Shown: positions 53,129-63,244, counted from the first letter of the stretch. The stretch: DNA of 64,000 bases from an uncultured Sulfolobales archaeon (GCA_938073905.1 CALJEN010000005.1:347363-411362); one strand, 5' to 3'. The notes: generated from the letters alone by a model not told the origin. Program-made: numbers and translations.

Positions 53129-53781
53129 AGCCTCCCGAGCAATAGCTTTTTGATCTCTTCCGCTCCTCCTAGACCCAGCTTGCTTCTCGCCTCCTCCCTG
53201 CCGAGCCTGTAGAGCACTAGGTTCTGCTCGAGCTGCCTCCTCGGCAGGATGCTCTTCACGACCTCGTCCACCCCGGCGTCCACCGCACCGGCCGCCTCGA
53301 GCAGCGTGACGAAGGCCCCGAACATGTGGACGTTGGCGGAGAGGGGTGCTCCGAGCTCGACTGCTCTCTTGGAGGACTTCACCGTGATCAGTTTGACGGG
53401 CCTCCCCCTGAGGTACTCGAGCACCTCCTCCTCCCTCAGCTTCGCGCCCTGCCCGGGAGGCGGTATCAGCTTCTCGTTCACCAACAACACCCCTCCCTCC
53501 CGGAGGTAGTCGGCGTACCTCGCTGCCTCTATGAGCTCCATCCCTAGCATCACGTCCGCCTCCCCCCGCGGCACCAGCGGAGCCCTGACGGCGTCGCCCA
53601 CCCTGACGTGGACTATCACGCTGCCCCCTCTCTGGCTCAGGCCGTGGGTCTCGGCCACCAGAGAGGGAACGCCCATCCTCAAGAACATCTCCGCGATCAG
53701 CCTAGACAGGAAGAGCTGCCCCTGACCGCCGACGCCCGTGATCACCACGTTCAGCTCCCTTACGCGACCCATGCGACCCAC
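53125..53781 (-). CDS. iorB: Indolepyruvate:ferredoxin oxidoreductase beta subunit
   Basis: 218 aa. NVVITGVGGQGQLF...AETHGLSQRGGSV is the gamma-type domain. It lies directly downstream of iorA. Confidence 0.85.
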   Translation of the reverse strand: MGRMGRVRELNVVITGVGGQGQLFLSRLIAEMFLRMGVPSLVAETHGLSQRGGSVIVHVRVGDAVRAPLVPRGEADVMLGMELIEAARYADYLREGGVLLVNEKLIPPPGQGAKLREEEVLEYLRGRPVKLITVKSSKRAVELGAPLSANVHMFGAFVTLLEAAGAVDAGVDEVVKSILPRRQLEQNLVLYRLGREEARSKLGLGGAEEIKKLLLGRL

Positions 53782-55725
53782 CTAGAACCAGTACTTGGAG
53801 AGCCTCTCCTGGTCTACGGGCTTGGAGGGCTGGAAGGCTCCCACGGGGCACACCGGCACGCAGGCACCGCACCCGACGCACAGCTCCGGGTCGACCTCCG
53901 CCTTCCTGTCGTCCCTAGCGGAGATCGCGGGGCAGGCGAAGAAGTTGTAGCAGATGCCGCACCCTATGCACTTGGCCAGGTCTACGACGTATGGCACCAC
54001 CTCCTCCCCCGCCTCCCTCATATCGCGCAACGCTTCCAGTGCGCACTTCCTCCTGAAGATCAGGACAGCCGGCTTCCTCCTAGTCTTAGAGTGCTCCAGG
54101 GCCCTCAGGAACTCCTCCCGGACTCTCGCTATGTCGTAGGGATCGACCACCGAGATGAACTCCACGCCTATGCCCCGCACTACGTTCTCTATGGGCACGT
54201 ACCTCCCGTCGACCCTGGTAGAGGGGTTCGGCTGGTGGCCGGTCATGGCCGTAGTCATGTTGTCCAGGATCAGCACCACCTGCGGGTGCTCGTTGTAGAC
54301 CGCGTTTATGAGAGCCGGTACGCCGGTATGGTAGAACGTGGAGTCCCCTATCGTGGACACCACGACCGAATCTCCGAGCACCCTGGAGAATCCGTTCGCG
54401 AGACCTATGCTACCGCCCATCTCGACGCACGTGTCCTGAAGCCTGTAGGGCGGGAAGTAGGCCAGGGTGTAGCATCCTATGTCGCCGGAGAGCACGGCCT
54501 TTATCCTCTCCCGGTTCAGAGTCCTCCTGAGCTCGAAGAACAGAGGTCTATAGGGACACCCTGGGCAGAACACCGGGGGTCTGGGGGGTATAGCGAGCTG
54601 GCTCCCCCCGGTGTCGGTCCCCCTAGAGACCGGCGGCATGTCAAAGGCTCTCCTTAGGATGGCCTCAGCCCTCTCCAGGGTCATCTCGTAGGCCCTCTCG
54701 TCCGGCTCTCTCGCGACCACGCTCGCCCTCACGCCCTCTCTGTTCAACAGAGACCTGACCTGGAGCTCCACGAAGGGCTCCAGCTCCTCCACCACCACTA
54801 CCCTCTCGACCCCGTCGACGGCCTTCAGGAGCAGGTCTTCGGGAACCGGGTGCACGCTGACCAGCTTCAGCACTCTGACCCTGTCCTCCAGCCCCAGCTT
54901 CGATATCGCTTCCGACACGTAGGCGTGCGAGATCCCGGGTGCGACGACCAGAGTCCTCCCGTCTCCGTACACCTTGTTGAAGGGGAATCTCGCGAGCTCC
55001 CTCTTCATGACCTCCATCTTCTTCAAGAGCTCGAGCCTCTGGGCCCTAGCGTTGCCCGGGACCAGCACGTGCCTGGGTCCGGGCTTGAACGACCCGGTGG
55101 CCTTGGGCTTGGGTATAGGCCCGAGCTCCACGGGTCCCCTGATGTGACTCAGTCTCGTGGTCGACCTGAGGATCACCGGGTGCTTCATCCTCGAGCTGAA
55201 CTCGAAGAGGCTCTTCGTCAGCTCCTTGGCCTCGCCGGGGCTCTCGGGCTCGAAGACCGGTACGTACGATATGAGTCCGTAGAGCCTGTTGTCCTGCTCG
55301 TTCTGGCTGCTCCACATCGACGGGTCGTCCGCGCTGACCACGACGAACCCCTCCTCGACCCCCGTGTAGGCGCTGCTCATGAGCGCGTCGGCCGCCACGT
55401 TCAGGCCCACGTGCTTCATAGCCGTTATCGCTCTGACCCCCGAGAGGGCTGCCGCCCAGCAGAGCTCGAACGCCACCTTCTCGTTTGTAGACCACTCGAC
55501 GTAGATGCCGACGTCCCTGGCCACCTCTTCTAGAGACCCTATCACCTCCGAGGAGGGCGTGCCTGGGTACGCTGCGGCGACCCCGATCCCGGCCTCTAGA
55601 GCGCCCCTGGCTATAGCCTCGTTGCCGAGCAGAAGCGCTACTCCACTACCCAGGCCTAGAGTCCTCTTCAAGGACGTACCGCTCCCTCTGGGGCGTGATA
55701 TCGTGTAATTTATAGAGCTCGCCAT
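53782..55725 (-). CDS. iorA: Indolepyruvate:ferredoxin oxidoreductase alpha subunit
   Basis: 647 aa. N-terminal pyrimidine-binding domain, TPP motif GDSTFYHTG, and two C-terminal 4Fe-4S motifs (CIGCGICY..., CVGCGACVPVCP). Confidence 0.9.
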   Translation of the reverse strand: MASSINYTISRPRGSGTSLKRTLGLGSGVALLLGNEAIARGALEAGIGVAAAYPGTPSSEVIGSLEEVARDVGIYVEWSTNEKVAFELCWAAALSGVRAITAMKHVGLNVAADALMSSAYTGVEEGFVVVSADDPSMWSSQNEQDNRLYGLISYVPVFEPESPGEAKELTKSLFEFSSRMKHPVILRSTTRLSHIRGPVELGPIPKPKATGSFKPGPRHVLVPGNARAQRLELLKKMEVMKRELARFPFNKVYGDGRTLVVAPGISHAYVSEAISKLGLEDRVRVLKLVSVHPVPEDLLLKAVDGVERVVVVEELEPFVELQVRSLLNREGVRASVVAREPDERAYEMTLERAEAILRRAFDMPPVSRGTDTGGSQLAIPPRPPVFCPGCPYRPLFFELRRTLNRERIKAVLSGDIGCYTLAYFPPYRLQDTCVEMGGSIGLANGFSRVLGDSVVVSTIGDSTFYHTGVPALINAVYNEHPQVVLILDNMTTAMTGHQPNPSTRVDGRYVPIENVVRGIGVEFISVVDPYDIARVREEFLRALEHSKTRRKPAVLIFRRKCALEALRDMREAGEEVVPYVVDLAKCIGCGICYNFFACPAISARDDRKAEVDPELCVGCGACVPVCPVGAFQPSKPVDQERLSKYWF

Positions 55726-55762
55726 CGGGTTTGAAGTGTTTAAGCGAGCCGGAGCTCCGGGG

Positions 55763-56746
55763 TTAGCAAGGTGTTCCGAGGAGCTTCCGGGCGACGCTCC
55801 TGTAGCGCTCTATGGACTTGGTCAGCCTCGGGTCCACCCCCCTGAGCTCTGCCAGGATCACGGAGGACATGCCCGCGATCCACGAGCCGTAGAGGACCGC
55901 CTCGAGGTAGTCCCGCCCGCTCAGGTCGAGGACTTCGGGGTCGTGGCCCAGCTCTCGGAGATAGTCGAGAGCGAAGCCCGCCAGGGGATCGGGGCCCCTC
56001 CTCAGGACTACGGGCCTCAGCACTCCCCTCGGGCCGCCCTCCCACGCTACGATGTCGTTGTGGCCCCACTCGGGCAGCACCTCGACCTTGCCGGCGACCT
56101 TCGCGTTCTCGTTGACCTCGCTCTTGGCCCTGAGGCCCAGGGGGTACAGCTCCTCGGGGACCACGAAGACCGGGAGGCCGCCGTGCATGTACCTGGCCAT
56201 GCCTCTAGCCTTCTCGAGGGCTCCCTCGCGAGAGCCCGGATCTCGGAGGGCCTCTAGCCCTCTCCCGACGTCTATCCTCGAGCCCGCTAGCTCGTTCACG
56301 AGCTTCGCGACTCCGGCCAACAGGGAGGGCATGGCCGTCCTCGGCAGGTGCCCATCCTCGACGAGCACGCGCGGAACCTCCGCTCTCTCCGCGAGCTCCA
56401 CCAGGCGCCCTCCCGAGGCCACCACACCCAGCCAGGCCCCCCTCCTGCGGGCTTCGCAGAACGCCGATAAGGTCTCGGGGGTATTGCCGGAGTAGCTCAC
56501 GGCTACCGCGAGCCAGCCCCTCCCCACACACCTGGGCAGGGAGTGGCTCTTCACCGAGAAGACCGGTACCTCGAGTTCCCTCTCCAGGTACCTGGCTACG
56601 AAGTCCCCGATTATCCCGGAGCCTCCCATGCCCGCGAAGGCTATTCCCCTTACCTCGCCCACCCACGTAGCGCCCAGCACATCCAGCCTCAGAGCTCTCT
56701 CCAACTGGGAGTCCCAGCCGAGGTATTCCTCCAGCAGCCCGGACAT
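55763..56746 (-). CDS. Bifunctional phosphoglucose/phosphomannose isomerase (SIS family)
   Basis: 327 aa. FAGMGGSGIIGDF and the ...VSYSGNTPET SIS motifs resemble crenarchaeal PGI/PMI. Confidence 0.8.
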   Translation of the reverse strand: MSGLLEEYLGWDSQLERALRLDVLGATWVGEVRGIAFAGMGGSGIIGDFVARYLERELEVPVFSVKSHSLPRCVGRGWLAVAVSYSGNTPETLSAFCEARRRGAWLGVVASGGRLVELAERAEVPRVLVEDGHLPRTAMPSLLAGVAKLVNELAGSRIDVGRGLEALRDPGSREGALEKARGMARYMHGGLPVFVVPEELYPLGLRAKSEVNENAKVAGKVEVLPEWGHNDIVAWEGGPRGVLRPVVLRRGPDPLAGFALDYLRELGHDPEVLDLSGRDYLEAVLYGSWIAGMSSVILAELRGVDPRLTKSIERYRSVARKLLGTPC

Positions 56747-56750
56747 CGCT

Positions 56751-57002
56751 CTACCTCCTGGGCAGGAAGTCCCTTATGTAGACCCCGAGGAACTTCGTGA
56801 GGGGGTTGCTCATCACCGTGGTGTAGAGCTCCGCTACAAAGTCGAGGTACTCCCTCTCCTCGTGATCCGACGTGAGGAAGTCCTCGATCCTCTTCAGGAT
56901 GTAGTCCAGGGCCTCGAAGAGCTCCTCGTCCTCGGTGTTCTCCCGGAAGAACAGGACTATGCCGTAGATGTCCTCGAGAGCCACCGCTACCTCCGAGCTC
57001 AC
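56751..57002 (-). CDS. Small acidic hypothetical protein
   Basis: 83 aa with host-like codon usage. Its stop lies 4 nt before the PGI/PMI start. No family recognised. Confidence 0.4.
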   Translation of the reverse strand: MSSEVAVALEDIYGIVLFFRENTEDEELFEALDYILKRIEDFLTSDHEEREYLDFVAELYTTVMSNPLTKFLGVYIRDFLPRR

Positions 57003-57122
57003 GACCGAGCCTGGAGTGCACTCGCCCAGGACTTTATAAAGGCTCTGCCGATGCGCCTTGACTTCGACAGAAGGTTGGAAGCCTTTTAAGCTTGCCGACT
57101 TAACGGAGCGGGTGACTCGTGC

Positions 57123-58394
57123 ATGAGCAGGACGTCTAGGATACCGGGGTTCTACAAGCTGCCTATACCCGAGAGGGTCAGGGTGGTGAAGGAGTTCGCG
57201 GGGCTCACCGACGAGGAGGCGGAGCTCCTCGGGAAGACCGGCAGGTTGGGACTGGACGTGGCGGACAAGATGATAGAGAACGTCGTCGGGACGTTCGAGC
57301 TCCCCTACGGCGTAGCGGTCAACTTCCTGATAAACGGTCGCGACTATCTAGTCCCGATGGTCATCGAGGAGCCCTCCGTAGTGGCCGGCGCCTCGAACGC
57401 CGCGAAGTGGTGCCGCGATGGTGGAGGGCTGGTCTCGATAGCCTCGGAGCAGATAATGGTATCCCAAATCCAGGTGATAAAGGTGCCCTCGCCGCACACG
57501 GCCGCGGTCAGGATACTGGAGAGGAAGAAGGAGATCCTGGACTTGGCGAACTCCACGAACGAGATACTGGTGAAGCTGGGCGGTGGAGCCAGAGACTTAG
57601 AGGTCAGAGTGCTCGATAGCCCCGTCGGGAAGATGGTGGTAGTGCACCTCCTGGTCGACGTCAGGGACGCAATGGGGGCGAACATAGTCAACACCATGGC
57701 CGAGGCCGTGGCCCCGATAATAGAGGAGGCCAGCGGGGGCAGAGTCCTCCTCAGGATAGTCTCCAACCTGGCCGACAGGAGGCTCGTTAAGTCCTGGGCG
57801 AGGGTGCCCAAAGACTCGATAGGTGGTGAGGAGGTCGTGGAGGGGATAGTCTACGCGTGGGCCTTCGCGGCGGCCGACCCCTACAGGGCAACCACCCACA
57901 ACAAGGGCATAATGAACGGTATAATAGCCGTAGCACTGGCTACCGGGCAGGACACCAGGGCTCTCGAGGCCGGAGCCCACGCCTACGCGGCCAGGAGGGG
58001 CAGGTACGAGCCTCTGAGCACGTGGGAGGTGGACGGGAACGGCGACCTGGTCGGCTACCTGGAGCTGCCCATCGCGGTGGGGACAGTCGGCGGCTCGATA
58101 AGGTCGAACCCCATGACTAGGCTCTCGCTGAAGATCCTCGGGGTGAAGACGGCCAAGGAGCTCGCCGAGGTCATGGGAGCCGTGGGGCTGGCCCAGAACC
58201 TGGCCGCGCTCAGAGCCCTCGCTACGGAGGGCATCCAGAGAGGGCATATGAAGCTGCACGCTCGCCAGCTGGCCCTGGCCGCCGGCGCTAGGCCCGACGA
58301 GGTCGACGTCGTAGCCGAGGAGCTCGTGAAGTCCGGCAGGATAACGCTGGAGAAGGCGCAGGAGATACTGGAGGGGCTCAGGTCTAGGAGGTAG
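57123..58394 (+). CDS. hmgA: HMG-CoA reductase, class II-like
   Basis: 423 aa. MIENVVGTFELPYGVAVNFLINGRDYLVPMVIEEPSVVAGASNAAK parallels the Pseudomonas mevalonii class II enzyme ([41 protein letters not shown]). DAMGANIVN is also present. Confidence 0.9.
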   Translation: MSRTSRIPGFYKLPIPERVRVVKEFAGLTDEEAELLGKTGRLGLDVADKMIENVVGTFELPYGVAVNFLINGRDYLVPMVIEEPSVVAGASNAAKWCRDGGGLVSIASEQIMVSQIQVIKVPSPHTAAVRILERKKEILDLANSTNEILVKLGGGARDLEVRVLDSPVGKMVVVHLLVDVRDAMGANIVNTMAEAVAPIIEEASGGRVLLRIVSNLADRRLVKSWARVPKDSIGGEEVVEGIVYAWAFAAADPYRATTHNKGIMNGIIAVALATGQDTRALEAGAHAYAARRGRYEPLSTWEVDGNGDLVGYLELPIAVGTVGGSIRSNPMTRLSLKILGVKTAKELAEVMGAVGLAQNLAALRALATEGIQRGHMKLHARQLALAAGARPDEVDVVAEELVKSGRITLEKAQEILEGLRSRR

Positions 58395-58426
58395 CGGCCA
58401 CCGCTCAGCAGACTTCCGAGGCGGCT

Positions 58427-59206
58427 CTAGAGCTCCTCCAGCCCCAGCTTTTTGACCTCCTCGAGAGCCGGGGGGCCGGAGTTCAGGTCTATCGTCAGCG
58501 GGGTCACCGAGAGGCAGCCCTCCGCCTTGACCGCGTGCACGTCCGTGCCCGGTCCCGCCTCCACCTCCCTCATGTAGAGCCAGTAGTAGGGCCTGCCGAA
58601 CGGGTCCCTTCTCCCGTCGTAGCCCGAGTACCACCTCACCCTAGACGCCCTCACGACCCTAACGCAGCTCCTGAACCTCCTCGGGTTCGGGATGTTCACG
58701 CTGAGCAGGTCGACCCCGGGAGGGAGTCCGCGCTCGGCCACTCTCTCGATTATCGCCTTCAGGTACCTCGCAGCTATGCCCTCCATCTCGGGAGTCGAGA
58801 GCTCTCCGAAGCTCTCCACGTCGGCTGAGAAAGCTATGGCCGGTATCCCCATCACCGCCGACTCTATGGCGGCCGCGACGGTGCCGCTGTAGAATATGTG
58901 CTGGAGGGTCAGGTTCTCCCCCACGTTTATCCCGGAGAGCACTAGGTCCGGTCTATAGCCCAGAACGTTTAGGGCCAGGTGGACGACGTCCACCGGAGTC
59001 CCGTCCGTCAGGTAGACGTCCACGCCGCCGACCCTCATCGAGTAGACCCTGAGGGGTCTGAAGAAGGTTATCGTGTGGCCTATGACCGATCTGGGGCTCT
59101 CCGTCGAGAACACCAGCGCCTCGCCCACTTTCGAGGCCACCCTGTGCAGCAGGAAGAGCCCGGGGCTTGCGTAGCTGTCGTCGTTCGTAACGAGCAATCT
59201 TACCAA
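58427..59206 (-). CDS. surE: 5'/3'-nucleotidase SurE
   Basis: LLVTNDDSYASPGL and GINVGENL motifs. 259 aa. Confidence 0.9.
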   Translation of the reverse strand: MVRLLVTNDDSYASPGLFLLHRVASKVGEALVFSTESPRSVIGHTITFFRPLRVYSMRVGGVDVYLTDGTPVDVVHLALNVLGYRPDLVLSGINVGENLTLQHIFYSGTVAAAIESAVMGIPAIAFSADVESFGELSTPEMEGIAARYLKAIIERVAERGLPPGVDLLSVNIPNPRRFRSCVRVVRASRVRWYSGYDGRRDPFGRPYYWLYMREVEAGPGTDVHAVKAEGCLSVTPLTIDLNSGPPALEEVKKLGLEEL

Positions 59207-59241
59207 CCGAACACCCAGATCTCACACGCCGTCCGAGGCTT

Positions 59242-60426
59242 TTACTCTTTTGACGCGGCTAGGTAGAGCAGAACTGCCAGGGACGCGGCCTCCAGAGACA
59301 CTACGTAGCAGAGGAGCGGGAGCCCGCTGCCCAGGAGGGAGGCCAGCGCGAAGCCTCCCGCGGACCAGGAGAGCCCCGTCAGCAGCCCGAAAGTCCCGTA
59401 GGCCAGAGCCCTGGCGTGGGGCTCGACGAGGTCCGCCACGGCGGCCCTCATGCTGGTCTCGTAGGCCCCCATGACGATCCCCCAGAGAGCTCCCACCGCG
59501 TACGGTGCCGCGGGACCCTCCGCGTAGACCAGCAGCACCGCTACGGCCGCCGCCAGCGGTGGGACTGCCGCGAGGCTCACCACCCCGATCTTGTCGTACG
59601 CCGCGCCGATGGGCAGGGCCACAGCTGCGTCGACGGCCATGGCTATGGAGTACGCGAGGGCCACCTCCGCTGGAGAGACTGTCCCCCTTGAGACCATGTG
59701 CATGGACGCTATAGTCCAGTGAGCGTAGCCCGCCAGGAGGAGGGACATCGAGGCCGTGTAGAGCCAGAACCTCCTCGGTAGCCCCCTGAGGCCCACGGGG
59801 GTAGCGGGCCTGACGCTGACCGATCCGACCCTCGGGTACAGCAGAGCCGCCGAGGTGACGAGGCCGACCGAGATCGCCGCCGGGAGAGCCAGGGAGAGGA
59901 ACGCCGCGCGGTACCCGCCGAAGCCGAGGGCCCACGCGACAGCCAGGGGTCCGACGAAGGCTCCCGCTTGGTCCATGACTTCGTGGATCCCGAAGCCCTT
60001 CCCGCGCCCCATGCCCGACGTTACCTCGGCCAGTATGGTGTCGCGAGCGGGGCTCCTGAGCCCCTTGCCAACCCTCTCCGCTATGTAGAGCGCGACGGCC
60101 AGCTCCCACCTCCCGGCGAAGGCCAGGAGCGGCACCACGACCAGGTTGACGGCGTAGCCCGCGATCACGGTAGCCCAGAGCACCGAGGACGACATGAGCA
60201 GCGTGCTTAGGTAGCCTCCCAGGAACCTCGCCAGGTAGCTAACGAGCTCCCCGCTCCCGACCACCGCTGCGGCCAGAGGGATGGCCCCGAGGCTCTTGAG
60301 GAGCGGGCCGCTGACAGATCTAGCCCCCTCGTAGGCCACGTCTGCCGTCAGTGAGACCAAGCCCAGAACTAGGAATACCAGCAGTTCCCTCCTCACGTGG
60401 GTCACCGACCTCCGTGCCCGGAACAT
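59242..60426 (-). CDS. MFS-type transporter
   Basis: 394 aa with about 12 TM segments. An AERVGKGLRSPARD-type loop lies between TM2 and TM3. Confidence 0.8.
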   Translation of the reverse strand: MFRARRSVTHVRRELLVFLVLGLVSLTADVAYEGARSVSGPLLKSLGAIPLAAAVVGSGELVSYLARFLGGYLSTLLMSSSVLWATVIAGYAVNLVVVPLLAFAGRWELAVALYIAERVGKGLRSPARDTILAEVTSGMGRGKGFGIHEVMDQAGAFVGPLAVAWALGFGGYRAAFLSLALPAAISVGLVTSAALLYPRVGSVSVRPATPVGLRGLPRRFWLYTASMSLLLAGYAHWTIASMHMVSRGTVSPAEVALAYSIAMAVDAAVALPIGAAYDKIGVVSLAAVPPLAAAVAVLLVYAEGPAAPYAVGALWGIVMGAYETSMRAAVADLVEPHARALAYGTFGLLTGLSWSAGGFALASLLGSGLPLLCYVVSLEAASLAVLLYLAASKE

Positions 60427-60476
60427 CGGTTAAAAGCTTATTAGTCGACCTTCCCAACCTCTTCAGGTGTTGGCGG

Positions 60477-60995
60477 GTGCCCCTGAGACCAGCGAGGTGC
60501 TACAAGGGCGTGGACAAGCCGCCCTACACTAGGACAGACTACATAGACGGGATACCCCAGCCTAGGATCGCCAAGTTCGTGATGGGGAAGGTGGACGGAG
60601 ACTTCGGCTACAAGCTCGAGCTGAAGATCCTGGAAGCGGCCCAGGTCAGGCACAACGCTCTCGAGGCGGGGAGGGTCGCCGCGCACAAGTACCTGAGCAA
60701 GGCGGTCGGCGAGGAGAAGTTCACGTTCGTGGTGAGGGTCTACCCGCACCAAGTCCTCCGGGAGAACAAGATGATGGCCTTCGCCGGAGCTGACAGGCTC
60801 CAGGAGGGCATGAGGAGGGCCTTCGGGAAGCCCGTGGGGCTCGCCGCGAGGGTATTCCCGGGAACAGTGCTGGCCGAGGTTAGGGTCAACAGGGAGCACC
60901 TGGAGCACGCCAAGGAGGCCCTCAGGAGGTTCAAGGACAAGGTCGGCGTGCCCTCCACCATAGAAGTAACCGAGCTGGGCAAGGTCTCTTCTTGA
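60477..60995 (+). CDS. rpl10e: 50S ribosomal protein L10e (uL16)
   Basis: (V)PLRPARCYKGVDKPPYTRTDYIDGIPQP... GTG 60477 is chosen. The ORF extension to 60351 overlaps the MFS gene. TATA TTAAAAGCTTATTA at 60430-60443. Confidence 0.9.
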   Translation: MPLRPARCYKGVDKPPYTRTDYIDGIPQPRIAKFVMGKVDGDFGYKLELKILEAAQVRHNALEAGRVAAHKYLSKAVGEEKFTFVVRVYPHQVLRENKMMAFAGADRLQEGMRRAFGKPVGLAARVFPGTVLAEVRVNREHLEHAKEALRRFKDKVGVPSTIEVTELGKVSS

Positions 60996-61999
60996 CGGAG
61001 GAGTACCTCCGGATAGGGGACTACGAGCTCGAGGTCGGGAGGCTCCTCGAGAGGCTAGCCAGCGCGGGAGCCTCCAGAGTCCTCCTGCAGCTACCCGAGG
61101 GGCTCAAGAGGTACTACCCGGCGGTAGCCGACTACATCGGGGCGAGGACTGGGGTGGAGGTGCGCCTAGACGCAGGACCGGTCTACGGCTCTTGCCTCGC
61201 CGCTCACGAGAGACCCGGAGGCTACGACCTGGTGGTCCACGTAGGCCACGACCCCTACCCCCTCTACGCACCGCGCGGTGCGAAGGTGGTCTACCTAGAC
61301 CTCGAGTACGTCGGCGTAGACCCGGAGGAGTTCTCGGGCAGGGTGGAGGAGTACCTGAGGGTTGCCGGCACGAGGAGGGTGGCCATCGTCACGACCAACC
61401 AGCACAAGAGGCTCTCCGGGTTCCTGCGCGAGAGGCTGGAGACCGGCGGCTTCGGAGTGGCCTTCGGTCCGGCGGTGGTTTTCGGGTGCTACGTCCCCCC
61501 GGAGCTCGCGACCGCGGGGGCCGAAGCGGTCGTCGTAGTGGCCGGGGGGCTCTTCCACGCGATCGGCGTGGGGATGCTGGTCGGGAGGACCCTAGTCGTC
61601 AGGGCCGACCCCTACACCAGGACTGTTGGCGACGCCTCGAGGGAGGTCTCCAGGTTCGTGGCCGTGAGGCTGAGGAGGATGCTCGACGCCCTGAGCGCGA
61701 GGAGCTGGGGGATAATAGTGGGAACGGCGGGGCAGTACAGACCGTCGGTGGTGGAGAGGCTGGTGAGGGTCCTCAGGGAGAGGGGGCACAGGTACTACCT
61801 GTACGATGCCCCCCTGCTCGACGTCGAGGTGCTCAGGAACGCGGACAGTCCCGAGGTCGAGGCCTACGTGGTCACCTCCTGCCCCAGGGTAGCGGTGGAC
61901 GACCTCTCGGAGTTCGAGAAGCCCGTTCTGACGCCCTCCGAGGCCCTGGTAGTCCTAGAGAGGGGCTCGGTGGACGAGTACCCCCGGGGCTTCCTGTAG
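60992..61999 (+). CDS. dph2: Diphthamide synthesis protein Dph2 (2-(3-amino-3-carboxypropyl)histidine synthase)
   Basis: 335 aa. YELEVGRLLERLASAGASRVLLQLPEGLK...YGSCLAA... shows the three-domain Dph2 pattern with conserved Cys residues. Confidence 0.85.
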   Translation: MTEEYLRIGDYELEVGRLLERLASAGASRVLLQLPEGLKRYYPAVADYIGARTGVEVRLDAGPVYGSCLAAHERPGGYDLVVHVGHDPYPLYAPRGAKVVYLDLEYVGVDPEEFSGRVEEYLRVAGTRRVAIVTTNQHKRLSGFLRERLETGGFGVAFGPAVVFGCYVPPELATAGAEAVVVVAGGLFHAIGVGMLVGRTLVVRADPYTRTVGDASREVSRFVAVRLRRMLDALSARSWGIIVGTAGQYRPSVVERLVRVLRERGHRYYLYDAPLLDVEVLRNADSPEVEAYVVTSCPRVAVDDLSEFEKPVLTPSEALVVLERGSVDEYPRGFL

Positions 62000-62040
62000 C
62001 GAGTTCCCGGGTGAGCGCCGTGCCCCAGAGGGTGAGGCTC

Positions 62041-62676
62041 ATGAGGGACCTCGAGGTGGCCCTCGAGAGGCTGAGGGACTTCGAGAGTCCCGTGGAGTCT
62101 CTGGAGCAGTACAGGACTCCCGGAGACGTGGCCGCCCTGATGATATGGGAGGCCTACATGAGGAGCGACCTGGCGAGGAGCGTCGTAGTAGACCTCGGGT
62201 GCGGGACCGGAGTCCTCGCCCACGGCTCCCTCCTCCTAGGAGCGCCCAGCGCCCTCTGCCTCGACGTGGACTGGTCTGCCCTGACCGTGGCCAGGGACAA
62301 CCTCTCCGAGTTCCGCGGCTCGTTCGACCTCGTAGCCGGGGACGCGAGGAGCCTCCCCCTGAGACCAGCGGGAGACTACTGCTCAGTCGTCATGAACCCG
62401 CCCTTCGGCGTCAAGAGGAGGGGTGCCGACGTGGAGTTCCTGAGGAGCGCCGCGGCCCTCTGCTCCACGGTCTACTCGGTCCACAAGCTCTCCCCGGGAG
62501 GACTGAGGCTGATAGCGCGCCTCGCCGAGGAGCTGGGCTGCAGGCTCGACGTAATCGCCGAGGCCACGATGTCTCTCAGGCAGACCCTGAGGCACCACAG
62601 GAGGAGGGTCTACCGCTTCAAGGTCGTGCTAATTAGGCTCGCGAGGACCTCTAGCGGAGAGGGTGCGGAGGGTTGA
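62041..62676 (+). CDS. METTL5-like SAM-dependent (N6-adenine type) RNA methyltransferase
   Basis: LEQYRTPGDVAALMIW..., VVDLGCGTGVLA and VVMNPPFG motifs. ATG 62041 is chosen; GTG 62011, 62020 and 62032 are possible. Confidence 0.75.
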   Translation: MRDLEVALERLRDFESPVESLEQYRTPGDVAALMIWEAYMRSDLARSVVVDLGCGTGVLAHGSLLLGAPSALCLDVDWSALTVARDNLSEFRGSFDLVAGDARSLPLRPAGDYCSVVMNPPFGVKRRGADVEFLRSAAALCSTVYSVHKLSPGGLRLIARLAEELGCRLDVIAEATMSLRQTLRHHRRRVYRFKVVLIRLARTSSGEGAEG

Positions 62677-63230
62677 GCGGCTCGGAGGAGCTCGTGGTCC
62701 CCGGAGACAGGATCGGGGTAGCGGAGGAGTTCCTGCCCGGTCCCGGGACCTACGAGCTCGACTACCAGATAAGGGCTTCCGCCGTCGGCAGGGTAGTCAG
62801 GGACGTGATCGGCAAGGTGGTCTCGGTGAGACCCCTCAAGGTCCCCGCGATGCCGCGCTCCGATTCCACGGTGCTGGCCACGATCTCGGAGATCCGCGAG
62901 GACTTTGCGATAGCCAGGATATTCGCCGTCGACGGAGACCCCCTCCCCTACACGTTCACCGGAATACTCCACGTAGCCCAGGTGGCCGAGAGGGGCGGTG
63001 GAGCGAAGCTCCTCTACGACTACGTCAGGGTCGGAGACGTCGTGAGGTCGAAGGTCCTCAACGACTGCCCTCCCTACATCATGAGCCTGAGGGGGGCGAG
63101 GCTCGGCGTCGTCCTCGCCAACTGCAGCAGGTGCGGAGCCCCGCTGAGGCCCTCCGGGGAGAGGCTCAAGTGTCCCCAGTGCGGGAACGTGGAGACCAGG
63201 AAGCTGGGCCACGGCTACGGACGCCTCTAG
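62673..63230 (+). CDS. csl4: Exosome RNA-binding subunit Csl4
   Basis: N-terminal VVPGDRIGVAEEFLPG, an S1-like core, and a C-terminal zinc ribbon CSRCGAPL...CPQCGN. Confidence 0.85.
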   Translation: MSGSEELVVPGDRIGVAEEFLPGPGTYELDYQIRASAVGRVVRDVIGKVVSVRPLKVPAMPRSDSTVLATISEIREDFAIARIFAVDGDPLPYTFTGILHVAQVAERGGGAKLLYDYVRVGDVVRSKVLNDCPPYIMSLRGARLGVVLANCSRCGAPLRPSGERLKCPQCGNVETRKLGHGYGRL

Positions 63231-63244
63231 CCCTGAACTCGAAG

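Noticed and set aside
53608-54657. 349-aa plus-strand ORF
   Set aside because: It is antisense to iorA/iorB, is H/P/R/G-rich and carries no motifs.
61192-62040. First about 283 aa of the 494-aa plus-strand ORF 61192-62676
   Set aside because: It is out of frame with dph2 and R/G/P-rich. Only the portion from about 62041 (METTL5-like methyltransferase) is credible.
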